A program made the translations under genes and the position numbers. The notes beneath the pieces are model-generated. The model saw nothing but the letters and a program-made list of their open reading frames with translations. It searched no databases and was not told where the DNA came from. From positions 30,001 to 62,000 of the forward strand of contig NZ_CP047931.1 in NCBI RefSeq assembly GCF_014280175.1: a stretch of DNA of 32,000 bases, read 5' to 3'. Below, one piece after another: positions 9,091-18,181 of this stretch. The DNA is from Synechococcus sp. A15-28. Lineage in GTDB: Bacteria; Cyanobacteriota; Cyanobacteriia; PCC-6307; Cyanobiaceae. Each line of letters starts with the position of its first letter. The first letter of the stretch is position 1.

Positions 9091-9455
9091 CGAACGTTGA
9101 GTTCATGGCGGAGCATTGGATCCGCTGAGTCGTTCATCAGTCCGATGGCCTGCTCCACATCCCGGCAAGCCTTTTCGTGATTGCCGATCAGGGTCTGTAC
9201 GAGGGATCGGTCCCGCCAGGGTTCCGGCTGATCTGGGAAGGCTTCAACACTGGTATTGCATCGTTCCAACGTTGTGGCCAACTGATGGGAGACAAGGTCC
9301 TCCAGACAGCTAGTGGTGGATACGCTCACATCAGCCTCCGGTGGGGGAGTGCTCTGGCAGCCGCTGATCACCAGCAGGCCGAGGGCCAGGCCGAGTTGCG
9401 ATGACCAGCGATGGTCAATAGCTGTAACGCTCGGCTTCGCTGGCGGCATATCCAT
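9045..9455 (-). CDS. Putative lipoprotein with TPR-like repeat content
   Basis: LGLALGLLVISGCQSTPPPE has a lipobox (ISGC), followed by helical repeat-like sequence (CLEDLVSHQLATTLERCNTSVEAFPDQPEPWRDRSLVQTLIGNHEKACRDVEQAIGL). Start at 9455 or 9449 is uncertain. Confidence 0.6.
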   Translation of the reverse strand: MDMPPAKPSVTAIDHRWSSQLGLALGLLVISGCQSTPPPEADVSVSTTSCLEDLVSHQLATTLERCNTSVEAFPDQPEPWRDRSLVQTLIGNHEKACRDVEQAIGLMNDSADPMLRHELNVRQATCRQRRSINGKD

Positions 9456-9840
9456 CCGTGCTGATGGAGGTGTCGATCTGGGTTGCCGTTGAGGTGCTGT
9501 CAAGGCTTGCTGCAGTGGCGGTGGTTGCCCCGCCGAACAGATCGCCAAGGAAACGACCGCAGTCAGGGAAGGTGCCGGGGTCCTCAACCACAGCTTCGGT
9601 GATCATCACAGAGGCGTGCTCCGGTGATGTCTTGAACAATCCGCGGCTCTGGCGCTTGATCAGGGCGTAGGCAGCGTTCCAGCTCACGGCATGGCCATTG
9701 CCGCTGCTGCGCATGAAGCAGTACACCTGGGCACCCTTCTGTTCGGTGTCCTTGCTGGCCCAAGCAGCACTGGATCCACCCAGCAATCCAACCATCACGC
9801 TGACGCTGCAGAGAATCCGATGGGCGGTTGAGCGAGGCAT
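9415..9840 (-). CDS. Hypothetical exported protein
   Basis: About 141 aa, signal peptide MPRSTAHRILCSVSVMVGLLGGSSAAWASK, and a compact domain YCFMRSSGNGHAVSWNAAYALIKRQSRGLFKTSPEHASVMITEAVVEDP. Confidence 0.65.
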   Translation of the reverse strand: MPRSTAHRILCSVSVMVGLLGGSSAAWASKDTEQKGAQVYCFMRSSGNGHAVSWNAAYALIKRQSRGLFKTSPEHASVMITEAVVEDPGTFPDCGRFLGDLFGGATTATAASLDSTSTATQIDTSISTDGYAASEAERYSY

Positions 9841-9886
9841 GAAAGGGCGCCATGCATGGACTGCGCTCAAGGTATCGATGGGAGGG

Positions 9887-10390
9887 TCACTGTCCAGGGC
9901 TGATCAGACGGACGACCAGCGGCAAGACCAGCAGAATCGTGATCAGGCGCACCGCATGCAGTGCGGCCACGGCGGCGCCGACACCTAATTCCGCTCCCAC
10001 CAGACTCATGCCGCTGATGCCGCCGGGGGCAGCTCCCAAGAGAGCGACGACAGGATCAATGCCCAGCAGACGACTGCTCCAGAGACCCACCACGATGCCC
10101 GTCAGCACCAGGGTGAGGGTGATCAGCAACGCGGGTCTCCACAGGGTTTGCAGTTGATCAAGCGAGGTCCGGCTGAGGCCGGTGCCGATCACGGTGCCGA
10201 TTCCGATTTCCAGGGCTGTACGGGTTCCCGATGGCCAGGAGGCCTGCTCCAGGCTGCCGCTCATGCTCAGCAGACCTGCGCCCAGGAGTGCACCGGCCAG
10301 CGGCGCGGCCGGAATGCCGCTTAGCAGCGCCAGCAGCCCCACCGTTGTGCCAGCCAGTGTGTACAGCAGCAGCGTTGCCAGGGGGGGCAT
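9887..10390 (-). CDS. AbrB-family (ammonia monooxygenase-like) integral membrane protein
   Basis: Multiple hydrophobic helices with GIPAAPLAGALLGAGL, GTVIGTGLSR, and VALLGAAPGGISGMSLVGAELGVGAAVAALHAVRLITILLVLPLVVRL, typical of the AbrB duplication membrane family. Confidence 0.8.
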   Translation of the reverse strand: MPPLATLLLYTLAGTTVGLLALLSGIPAAPLAGALLGAGLLSMSGSLEQASWPSGTRTALEIGIGTVIGTGLSRTSLDQLQTLWRPALLITLTLVLTGIVVGLWSSRLLGIDPVVALLGAAPGGISGMSLVGAELGVGAAVAALHAVRLITILLVLPLVVRLISPGQ

Positions 10391-10471
10391 CGGATGCGGT
10401 GGCGTGGGACTCCTTGATCTTGAGCCACCGTCGTTCCTGTGTTGTCATCAGCGCAGTGTTGTCCCCCGGCC

Positions 10472-10768
10472 ATGAGTTCCTCCGTGTCGTTCAGGATCAC
10501 GCGCACCGCCGAAGACCTGGCCCAGACCATCACGGCCCTCACCCAGCGCCTGGTGAAGCTGGAGCAACGTCAGGAAGCACTGGAGCTCCAGGTCCGTCAG
10601 CAGCTGGAGTCTGTCCATGACGTGCCCGACGAGGAACTGGCGACATTGAATGGCATCGAACAGTTGCTGCAGGAGACCCGCCAGCTGCTGCAAGCCACAG
10701 ATGCGCAGGAGACCTCAGATCTCGGGGATCATGAGCATGACCATCAAGGTCACGAGATGGCCGCATAA
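10472..10768 (+). CDS. Hypothetical coiled-coil protein with His-rich C-terminus
   Basis: MSSSVSFRITRTAEDLAQTITALTQRLVKLEQRQEALELQVRQQL...GDHEHDHQGHEMAA. The ORF is open from 10439; ATG 10472 preferred. Confidence 0.6.
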   Translation: MSSSVSFRITRTAEDLAQTITALTQRLVKLEQRQEALELQVRQQLESVHDVPDEELATLNGIEQLLQETRQLLQATDAQETSDLGDHEHDHQGHEMAA

Positions 10769-10806
10769 GGGTGGCGGGGGATGTCAAAATGAAAAGAAAG
10801 GTAACT

Positions 10807-11037
10807 ATGGCCACCACCATCCCTGCCTCAGGTGCTTGCACCGTGACCCACACTCCCTCTTCATTGCACGGCCTCGCCAGCCGCTCCCGCTCCGGATTCA
10901 TTGAGGGCGGCCACCAATTGGAGAAGCTTGAGTTCGCTCTTGCCATCGCTGAAGCAAGGGGCGACCAGATTCGTTGTTCAACACTTCGTGATCGAATTGC
11001 CGATCTCGGAGGTAATGCGGAAGAGCCAGGAACCTAA
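10807..11037 (+). CDS. Small hypothetical protein
   Basis: MATTIPASGACTVTHTPSSLHGLASRSRSGFIEGGHQLEKLEFALAIAEARGDQIRCSTLRDRIADLGGNAEEPGT. A purine-rich GAAAAGAAAGG stretch precedes the ATG at 10807. Confidence 0.55.
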   Translation: MATTIPASGACTVTHTPSSLHGLASRSRSGFIEGGHQLEKLEFALAIAEARGDQIRCSTLRDRIADLGGNAEEPGT

Positions 11038-11101
11038 ACGTTGAGTCGCTGGAAGATTGCAATAACGCCGCTAAGATTCAAGCAATTGATCACAAGCAAT
11101 A

Positions 11102-11314
11102 TTGATGCTCTCCGTTCAGAAGAAGGAGTCTCCCGCTGATCAGCGAGCTGCTCATTCTCAAGCAGCCCAAGATTTCTTTGATCAGGCGAGATTGGTAGCC
11201 GAAGACGGTCAGTTTTCAGAAGCTGGGTCGCTGATTCTCAAGGCACTGGATCAGGAACGTCGTGCACAGAGCAGCGGACCCCAGGTGCTGCAATTGATCA
11301 AATCCAGAGCTTGA
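11102..11314 (+). CDS. Small hypothetical protein
   Basis: 70 aa, helical: DQRAAHSQAAQDFFDQARLVAEDGQFSEAGSLILKALDQERRAQ. In an AT-richer stretch between coding genes and the tRNA. Confidence 0.55.
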   Translation: MMLSVQKKESPADQRAAHSQAAQDFFDQARLVAEDGQFSEAGSLILKALDQERRAQSSGPQVLQLIKSRA

Positions 11315-11326
11315 CTTGTTTTGACA

Positions 11327-11398
11327 AGCGGGTGACCGGACTCGAACCGGCGACGTTCAGCTTGGGAAGCTGACATTCTACCACTGAATTACACCCGC
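11327..11398 (-). tRNA. tRNA-Gly (anticodon CCC)
   Basis: Reverse strand gcgggtg-ta-attc-agtggta-gaat-g-tcagc-ttCCCaa-gctga-acgtc-gccgg-ttcgagt-ccggt-cacccgc-t folds as a full cloverleaf. Acceptor stem is 7/7. The 3' CCA is not encoded. Confidence 0.95.
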
Positions 11399-11431
11399 AA
11401 AATGGCGAGATCCCTCTCGCCGTCTGCTGTT

Positions 11432-12580
11432 TCAGCCGAGCGCTGCTGCGGCTGCCGCGACGCCTGCCCCCATGCTGCCGTTGTGCAAGCCCAGGGACTG
11501 AAGCGTGGCTTCGATGGCGGACACGGCGGTCAACACATCACGGTCACAGACATAGCCAAGGTGGCCGATGCGGAACACTTTGCCCTTGAGGTGATCCTGC
11601 CCGCCAGCGAGAAGGATGTCGAACCGGTCTTTCACGGCTTTGCGCAGTTGCTCGGCATCGATGCCATTGGGAGCGACCGCTGTGATCGCTGGGCTGCCGT
11701 GACCTTCGGCAGCAAATAACGGAAGTCCGATGGCCTTCATCCCCGCCTGGGCAGCGGACCGGTGCCGGGCATGGCGGGCAAAGATCGCTTCAAGACCTTC
11801 GCTCTGCATCATCTCCAGTGCCGCTTCAAGACCGAAATAGAGGTTGACGGCGGGCGTGAACGGATTGCTGTTCTTGGCGGCGGTTTTTCGGTAAGGCCCA
11901 AGATCCAGATAGAACTTCGGCAGATTCGAACGCTCGTAGGCCTCCCAGGCCCGTTCGCCCATGGCGACAAAGCTCAATCCGGGCGGCAGCATGTAGCCCT
12001 TCTGAGATCCGGAGGCCACCACATCCACGCCCCAGGCGTCCATGGGAACATCCGTGGCGCCAAGGCTGGTGACGCAGTCCGCAATGGTCAGGGCGGTGCC
12101 ATGGGCCTTGACGTGGCGGGCAATGGTCTCCAGGTCATTGATCACCCCTGTGGACGTTTCCGAATGGGTGAGGATCACGGCCTTGATCGCCTTGGCGCTG
12201 TCGGCTTCCAGGGTCTTGCGGAAATCTTCCGGGTCGAGCGGTTGGCCCCACTCGGCTTTGATCACCTCCACCTCCATGCCGTAGGCGCGGGCCACCTTCA
12301 CCCAGCGCTCACCGAATTTGCCGTTGTCGCCACAGAGGACTTTGTCGCCCCTGCAGAGGGTGTTGATCATGCCGGCCTCCATGGCGGCCGTGCCGCTGCC
12401 GGTGATCACCAGCACATCACTCTGGGTCTGGTGCAACCACTTGAGCTGTTCCGTGGTGCGCTGAACGACGGCCTGAAACTCACCACTGCGGTGACCGATC
12501 GGATGGCGCCCCATGGCCTTCAGCACCGACTCGGGCACCGGGGTCGGACCCGGGATCATCAGGGTGAGTTTGTCCTGCAC
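11432..12580 (-). CDS. Class V aminotransferase (alanine--glyoxylate / serine-pyruvate aminotransferase-like)
   Basis: MIPGPTPVPESVLKAMGRHPIGHRSGEFQ, TGSGTAAMEAGMINTL, and the PLP lysine region GVDVVASGSQKGYMLPPGLSFVAMG. GTG start at 12580 preferred; the ORF is open to 12637. Confidence 0.88.
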   Translation of the reverse strand: MQDKLTLMIPGPTPVPESVLKAMGRHPIGHRSGEFQAVVQRTTEQLKWLHQTQSDVLVITGSGTAAMEAGMINTLCRGDKVLCGDNGKFGERWVKVARAYGMEVEVIKAEWGQPLDPEDFRKTLEADSAKAIKAVILTHSETSTGVINDLETIARHVKAHGTALTIADCVTSLGATDVPMDAWGVDVVASGSQKGYMLPPGLSFVAMGERAWEAYERSNLPKFYLDLGPYRKTAAKNSNPFTPAVNLYFGLEAALEMMQSEGLEAIFARHARHRSAAQAGMKAIGLPLFAAEGHGSPAITAVAPNGIDAEQLRKAVKDRFDILLAGGQDHLKGKVFRIGHLGYVCDRDVLTAVSAIEATLQSLGLHNGSMGAGVAAAAAALG

Positions 12581-12630
12581 GGCGAGGAGGGTGCCAATCG
12601 GCGAGTCTAGAAAACAGCGTCTCTTTCCCC

Positions 12631-13728
12631 ATCGCAACTTCTGCCTCCAGTGGCCTCACCCTGCCGGTTTGGGTGGCTTCAGCGGCGCGGGCGGCGCTGA
12701 AGGCGCTGCTGGGACACCCGTTTGAATCCAAGCAGTTGCTGACGCAGCCCGACGGCGGTGCGCCCCTTCAGGTGCCGGTGCGTTCAGCGGCCCGGTTGAG
12801 CGATGACCAGGCCCTGGCGATCAGCTGTTGTGATCCAGGCCCTGGATTGGATTTAACCCGCGATCTGGAGATCTGGGTTCGCGTGGCTTGGTCCACCGAC
12901 TCGGTTTCCCGGCTGGACCTCAGGCCTGGCGAGGGGGTCGGACGGCTCGGTTCCGGCGGTGACGCCTGTGTGTCGACCTATGCCCGTCAGTTGTTGGAGT
13001 GCTCTTTACTGCCGTTGCTGCCGGCGGGGCGGGGGCTGGTGGTGGAGCCGGTGTTGCCACGTGGCCGCAGCCTGGCGGAGCGCACCAGCAATGCCGCCTT
13101 CGGGGTGGTGGACGGGCTGGCCTTGATCGGCACCCAGGCGGAGGTGCAGCGGAGCGCAGCACCCGACCAGTTGCAGCAGGTGGTGCGTGAGCTCCGAGCT
13201 TTAACGGCCGATCCGGGGTTTGAAGGATCCCTGGCGCTGGTGATCGGTGAAAACGGTCTGGACTTGGCGCGGCGGGAGGGGCTGTCGCCGCTGCTCAAGG
13301 TGGGCAACTGGATCGGACCGGTGCTGGTGGCTGCTGCGGAAGCCGGCGTGAAGGATCTGTTGTTGCTGGGGTATCACGGCAAGTTGATCAAGCTGGCCGG
13401 TGGCATCTTTCACACCCACCACCATCTGGCGGACGGTCGGCTGGAGGTGTTGACCGCCCTGGGCCTGGATGCGGGCCTCAGCCTGCAGGAGTTGCAACAA
13501 CTGCGTACCGCCGCATCGGTGGAGGACGCGTTTCAACAACTGAATCCCACCATCGCAGTGGATCTGGGGCGGCTTCTGGCGGCAATGGTGGAGCAACGCA
13601 GCCAGGCCTACATCGCTCGCTATGGCGATTGGCCCTTGCGCATCGCGGCTGTTCTGTTTGATCGGAGCAGGGTGCTGCGCTGGCGTGGTCCGGTGGCAGA
13701 TGAGCGCTTCTTTACGCTGAAGGATTGA
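12631..13728 (+). CDS. cbiD: Cobalt-precorrin-5B C1-methyltransferase (CbiD)
   Basis: SGLTLPVWVASAARAALKALLG, VPVRSAARLSDDQALAISCCDPGPGLDLTRDLEIWVRV, IGENGLDLARREG and GKLIKLAGGIFHTHHHLADGRLEVL match CbiD. The ORF track begins at GTG 12673, inside the conserved N-terminus. I extended to ATC 12631 as a candidate start. Confidence 0.88.
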   Translation: MATSASSGLTLPVWVASAARAALKALLGHPFESKQLLTQPDGGAPLQVPVRSAARLSDDQALAISCCDPGPGLDLTRDLEIWVRVAWSTDSVSRLDLRPGEGVGRLGSGGDACVSTYARQLLECSLLPLLPAGRGLVVEPVLPRGRSLAERTSNAAFGVVDGLALIGTQAEVQRSAAPDQLQQVVRELRALTADPGFEGSLALVIGENGLDLARREGLSPLLKVGNWIGPVLVAAAEAGVKDLLLLGYHGKLIKLAGGIFHTHHHLADGRLEVLTALGLDAGLSLQELQQLRTAASVEDAFQQLNPTIAVDLGRLLAAMVEQRSQAYIARYGDWPLRIAAVLFDRSRVLRWRGPVADERFFTLKD

Positions 13729-13764
13729 CGCTCCTCAGCGAGCGACAGACACCATTCAGGAGCG

Positions 13765-15351
13765 ATGTCCCAGCCTTCGTCCGACGGTCTGCGTCAGCCG
13801 GCCATCGTCATCCTTGATTTCGGTTCCCAGTACTCGGAGCTGATCGCCCGGCGCGTGCGCGAAACCGAAGTGTTCTCCGTGGTGCTCGGCTACAGCACCT
13901 CAGCGGAGGAGCTGCGGGCGATGCAGCCGAAGGGCATCATCCTCAGCGGCGGCCCCAGTTCGGTGTATGCCGACCATGCACCCCTCTGCGATCCCGCGAT
14001 CTGGGATCTGGGGATCCCGGTGCTGGGGGTCTGCTACGGCATGCAGCTGATGGTGCAGCAGCTGGGGGGTGTGGTGGAGGCCGCCACCGGCAAGGCCGAA
14101 TACGGCAAGGCACCCCTCGAGGTGGATGATCCCACCGATCTGCTCACCAATGTCACCGGCGGCTCCACGATGTGGATGAGCCACGGCGATTCGGTCAAAG
14201 CCTTGCCTGAAGGCTTCGTTCGATTAGCTCACACCGCCAACACTCCTGAGGCGGCGGTTGCCCATCTGCAGCGTCGCCTCTACGGCGTGCAATTCCATCC
14301 GGAGGTGGTGCACTCCACCTGCGGCATGGCCCTGATCCGCAATTTCGTTTATCACATCTGCGGTTGCGAGCCGGACTGGACCACCAGCGCCTTCATCGAT
14401 GAGGCCGTGGCTCTGGTGCGGGAGCAGGTGGGGGAGAAGCGCGTGCTGCTGGCCCTCTCCGGAGGCGTCGATTCATCAACCCTCGCCTTTCTGCTGAAGA
14501 AGGCCATCGGTGATCAGCTCACCTGCATGTTCATTGATCAGGGCTTCATGCGGAAGGGGGAGCCGGAGTTCCTGATGGACTTCTTCGACCGCAAGTTCAA
14601 CATCCACGTTGAGTACATCAACGCCCGTCAGCGCTTCATTGGAAAACTGGCGGGCATCACCGATCCGGAGGAGAAGCGCAAGATCATCGGCACGGAATTT
14701 ATCCGGGTGTTCGAAGAGGAGAGCAGGCGCCTCGGACCCTTCGACTACCTGGCCCAGGGAACGCTTTACCCGGATGTGATCGAGAGTGCCGGCACCAACG
14801 TCGATCCCAAGACCGGTGAGCGGGTGGCAGTGAAGATCAAGAGCCACCACAACGTGGGCGGACTGCCCAAGGATCTGCAGTTCAAGCTGGTGGAACCGCT
14901 GCGCAAGCTGTTCAAGGACGAAGTGCGCAAGGTTGGACGTGCCCTGGGTCTGCCGGAGGAGATCGTCCGCCGCCATCCCTTCCCCGGGCCTGGCTTGGCG
15001 ATTCGCATCCTGGGGGAGGTCACCGACGAGAAGCTCAACTGCCTGCGGGATGCCGATCTGATCGTGCGGGAGGAGATCCGTGAAGCCGGTCTGTATCACG
15101 AGATCTGGCAGGCCTTCGCCGTGTTGCTGCCCGTCCGCTCCGTTGGCGTGATGGGAGACAAGCGCACCTATGCCTGGCCGATCGTGCTGCGCTGCGTGTC
15201 CAGCGAAGACGGCATGACCGCCGACTGGTCCCGCCTGCCGTACGACCTGATGGAAACCATCTCCAATCGGATCGTGAACGAGGTGAAGGGGGTGAACCGG
15301 GTGGTGCTGGACATCACCAGCAAACCGCCGGGCACGATCGAATGGGAATAG
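13765..15351 (+). CDS. guaA: GMP synthase (glutamine-hydrolyzing)
   Basis: Class I glutamine amidotransferase domain ([19 protein letters not shown]) plus ATP-PPase SGGVDSS and C-terminal [45 protein letters not shown]. Confidence 0.97.
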   Translation: MSQPSSDGLRQPAIVILDFGSQYSELIARRVRETEVFSVVLGYSTSAEELRAMQPKGIILSGGPSSVYADHAPLCDPAIWDLGIPVLGVCYGMQLMVQQLGGVVEAATGKAEYGKAPLEVDDPTDLLTNVTGGSTMWMSHGDSVKALPEGFVRLAHTANTPEAAVAHLQRRLYGVQFHPEVVHSTCGMALIRNFVYHICGCEPDWTTSAFIDEAVALVREQVGEKRVLLALSGGVDSSTLAFLLKKAIGDQLTCMFIDQGFMRKGEPEFLMDFFDRKFNIHVEYINARQRFIGKLAGITDPEEKRKIIGTEFIRVFEEESRRLGPFDYLAQGTLYPDVIESAGTNVDPKTGERVAVKIKSHHNVGGLPKDLQFKLVEPLRKLFKDEVRKVGRALGLPEEIVRRHPFPGPGLAIRILGEVTDEKLNCLRDADLIVREEIREAGLYHEIWQAFAVLLPVRSVGVMGDKRTYAWPIVLRCVSSEDGMTADWSRLPYDLMETISNRIVNEVKGVNRVVLDITSKPPGTIEWE

Positions 15352-15403
15352 GGCTGGATCCTGTGGTCCGGGCTCGATACCTTGGGCCACCGGCTTCCCT
15401 GAT

Positions 15404-16015
15404 GTGACGGCGACCCAACCGCAGGACCTGCAGCTGCAACGGCGTCTGCAGCAGGACAGCATCCAGCTGAGTGGACGCACCGTCTATCTGAACCCCTTCC
15501 TCTATTGGCGTCGGTTTGACAGCAATACCGACCGCTGGCTGCGGGAACCGGGCCAGCTGACGGAGGACCAGATCACCTCCAACCGCCGTCGTTTTTATCC
15601 CGAACTGGACTGGGGTGAGCTGGATGACCATCAGACCGCTGTCCATGACGGTGCGGTGGAGATGTTCCTCAAGAGCCTGGACCTGATCAGCACCTTCCAT
15701 CCCGAGCTGGGGTCCGGTCAGATGCTCGAGGTGGAGCGCAAGATGACGATCACCAAGAAGAAGGCGTTCGAGCGTTGGGTGGATAAAGCGCTGCGTCGCC
15801 GTAGCCGTGAGGAGGTTCGGGAGCAGCGTCGTTTCGAGCGCAACCGCACCTTGCAGGCCTGGCGGGAATGGATCGCTATGGACACCACCCACAAGGCCCT
15901 GGTGCCGATGGTGATGCTGATGGTGCTCAGCGCAGTCGGAGGTTGGTCCTTCGGTGCCGGTCCATCGGCCTGTCCGACACTCACCCTTCCGTCAGGACAG
16001 ACTGGGGTTCGTTGA
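15404..16015 (+). CDS. Conserved-looking hypothetical protein with C-terminal transmembrane segment
   Basis: 203 aa, GTG start. A long charged helical region, then KALVPMVMLMVLSAVGGWSFGAG. Confidence 0.7.
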   Translation: MTATQPQDLQLQRRLQQDSIQLSGRTVYLNPFLYWRRFDSNTDRWLREPGQLTEDQITSNRRRFYPELDWGELDDHQTAVHDGAVEMFLKSLDLISTFHPELGSGQMLEVERKMTITKKKAFERWVDKALRRRSREEVREQRRFERNRTLQAWREWIAMDTTHKALVPMVMLMVLSAVGGWSFGAGPSACPTLTLPSGQTGVR

Positions 16016-16024
16016 ACAGGCCCC

Positions 16025-16387
16025 ATGGCCGCAGAATCCGGCTCGGACAATCCCTTGGACCAACTGCGTCTGTCGTTGATGCAGGAGGTGCTGCCCGTTG
16101 GTCTGGCGGTGGTGGAGCGAGCCCGTCAGGGGGGACCATCCAAGGTGGTGGAAGCCTTCACCACGGGCTCCGCCGATCCGTTGGATGCCCTGCGCCAGGA
16201 GGGGGAACCGGCGGCCCGCAGTGTGCGCGAGCAGCTCGATGCCGTCAGCCCCGGTCTTGGCAATCCCGTCATGCCCGTGGCGGTGTCGGTGGAAGAACCA
16301 GAGGATGAGCGGGAGGAGCTGCTGGCCACTTTGCAGCGCATCGATCAGCGTCTGGCGGCCCTGAAGGCCCAGCTCAAGGCCGACTGA
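16025..16387 (+). CDS. Hypothetical protein
   Basis: 120 aa ORF closely packed between 15404..16015 and PBP2. C-terminal coiled coil REELLATLQRIDQRLAALKAQLKAD. Confidence 0.65.
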   Translation: MAAESGSDNPLDQLRLSLMQEVLPVGLAVVERARQGGPSKVVEAFTTGSADPLDALRQEGEPAARSVREQLDAVSPGLGNPVMPVAVSVEEPEDEREELLATLQRIDQRLAALKAQLKAD

Positions 16388-16390
16388 ACC

Positions 16391-18178
16391 GTGGCGGGAA
16401 CGATCCAGCAGCGGCAGACCGGTCTTCGTCAGCAACCGTTGGTCCTGCTGCTCGTGGTGCTCCTGTTCTGCGGCGTCATGGTGAGCCGCCTGGTGTGGAT
16501 GCAGCTGCTGGAGGGGGCTCGCTACCGGGAATTGGCTGATGAGAACCGCATCCGTCTGGTGCCGCGATCGCCGATACGTGGCCGGTTGCTCGATCGCAAG
16601 GGACGGGTGCTCGCCACCAGCAGACTGAGTTATTCGCTGTACCTCGAGCCACGGCTGGTGGGAAATGAGGACTGGCCGGACCTGCGGGATCGCCTGGCGC
16701 GGCTGCTGAACCTCGACCCGGTGCAGCTGGATCGGGAACGTCAGCGCGGACCGGGCCGCGACGGCTTCCGCACCACCCTGGCGCTGGATCTTCGCCCTGA
16801 GCAGGTGCTGCGCTTCCGCGAGCAGGCCCTTGGTCTCAAGGGGGCCCAGGTGGATGTGGACATCCTGCGCTTCTACCCCCACGGGACCCTGGCGGCCCAT
16901 GCCCTCGGCTACACCCAGCCGATCACGGAAGCGGAGTATGAAACCCTCTCCGAACGGGGGTACAGGATTCGCGATCGCATCGGTCGCACGGGGGTGGAAG
17001 CGGCCTATGAGTCCCATCTGCGCGGCAAGTGGGGTGGTCAGATGTTGGAGGTCAACGCGATGGGAGAGGTGCAGCGGAACCTCGGTGACCGTCCATCGGT
17101 GGCCGGGAAGGATCTCACGCTCACCTTGGATCTGGATCTGCAGCGGGCGGCGGAGACAGCTCTGGCGGACAAGCCGGGTGGGGCTGTGGTGGCCCTTGAT
17201 CCCAAGGACGGCGCCATCCTGGCGCTGGCGAGCAAACCGGGGTTTGACCCCAATTTCTTCTCCAAGCTGATCACCACCCAAAAGGAATACGACGCGCTCT
17301 TCTCCAATCCGAAGAAGCCGTTGCTGTCCCGGGCGATGAACCCCTACGACCCCGGCAGCACCTGGAAGCCGGTCACGGCGATGGCGGGGATGGAATCAGG
17401 CAAATTCCCGCCGGAGACCAAATTGCACACCACCGCCTGCATCACCTACGGCGGCCACTGTTTCCCCGATCACAACGGTGTGGGATTCGGGCACATCGGT
17501 TACGCCGATGCGCTGCGCCATTCCAGCAACACCTTCTTCTATCAAGTGGGAGTCGGGGCAGGGTCCAAGGCCCTAAAGCAGGCGGCGGATCAACTGGGGT
17601 TTCAACAGAAGACCGGCATTGAGATCGGTTGGGAGGAGAGCGTCGGGCTGGTGGGTGATGAGGCCTGGGCCGCGGCGGGTCGTGGCTGGGCGGAGCCGGG
17701 GACTGTTCCCTGGATTCCGGAGGACATGGCCAGCGCGTCCATCGGTCAGTCGGTGGTACAGATCACGCCGCTGCAGCTGGCCCGTGCCTACGCCGTGTTT
17801 GCCAACGGTGGTTGGTTGGTGACACCGCATCTGGCCCAGGGCACCACCGACTGGCTGGATGCCGATCACCGCCGCAAGGTGGCGATGAAGCCCTCCACCC
17901 TGGCCACGATCCGCGCCGGCTTGCGCAAGGTGGTGTCAGCGGGAACGGGGTTTGGACTCAACGGACCGGATATCCCTCCGGCGGCTGGCAAGACCGGCAC
18001 GGCGGAGGACAGCACCGGTGGGCCGGACCATGCCTGGTTCAGCTCCTATGCCCCGTACCCCAACGGGGAGATCGTTGTGGTGGCGTTCGCTCAAAACACC
18101 CCCGGCGGTGGATCGGTGCATGCCCTGCCGATGGCCAAGGCGGTGCTGGCGGAATGGAACAGAACCCGCCCGGACTGA
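16391..18178 (+). CDS. Penicillin-binding protein 2 (peptidoglycan D,D-transpeptidase)
   Basis: N-terminal TM helix, dimerisation domain, and transpeptidase motifs NPYDPGSTWKPVTAMAG (STxK), SSNTF (SxN) and KTGTAED (KTG). Confidence 0.92.
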   Translation: MAGTIQQRQTGLRQQPLVLLLVVLLFCGVMVSRLVWMQLLEGARYRELADENRIRLVPRSPIRGRLLDRKGRVLATSRLSYSLYLEPRLVGNEDWPDLRDRLARLLNLDPVQLDRERQRGPGRDGFRTTLALDLRPEQVLRFREQALGLKGAQVDVDILRFYPHGTLAAHALGYTQPITEAEYETLSERGYRIRDRIGRTGVEAAYESHLRGKWGGQMLEVNAMGEVQRNLGDRPSVAGKDLTLTLDLDLQRAAETALADKPGGAVVALDPKDGAILALASKPGFDPNFFSKLITTQKEYDALFSNPKKPLLSRAMNPYDPGSTWKPVTAMAGMESGKFPPETKLHTTACITYGGHCFPDHNGVGFGHIGYADALRHSSNTFFYQVGVGAGSKALKQAADQLGFQQKTGIEIGWEESVGLVGDEAWAAAGRGWAEPGTVPWIPEDMASASIGQSVVQITPLQLARAYAVFANGGWLVTPHLAQGTTDWLDADHRRKVAMKPSTLATIRAGLRKVVSAGTGFGLNGPDIPPAAGKTGTAEDSTGGPDHAWFSSYAPYPNGEIVVVAFAQNTPGGGSVHALPMAKAVLAEWNRTRPD

Positions 18179-18181
18179 CGG

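Noticed and set aside
14476-15480. 334-aa minus-strand ORF over guaA
   Set aside because: Antisense shadow of the GMP synthase; a codon-bias artefact.
15992-17281. 429-aa minus-strand ORF over the 120-aa hypothetical and PBP2
   Set aside because: Despite its length it is antisense to PBP2, whose motifs (STxK, SxN, KTG) are clear; the product resembles random GC-rich translation.
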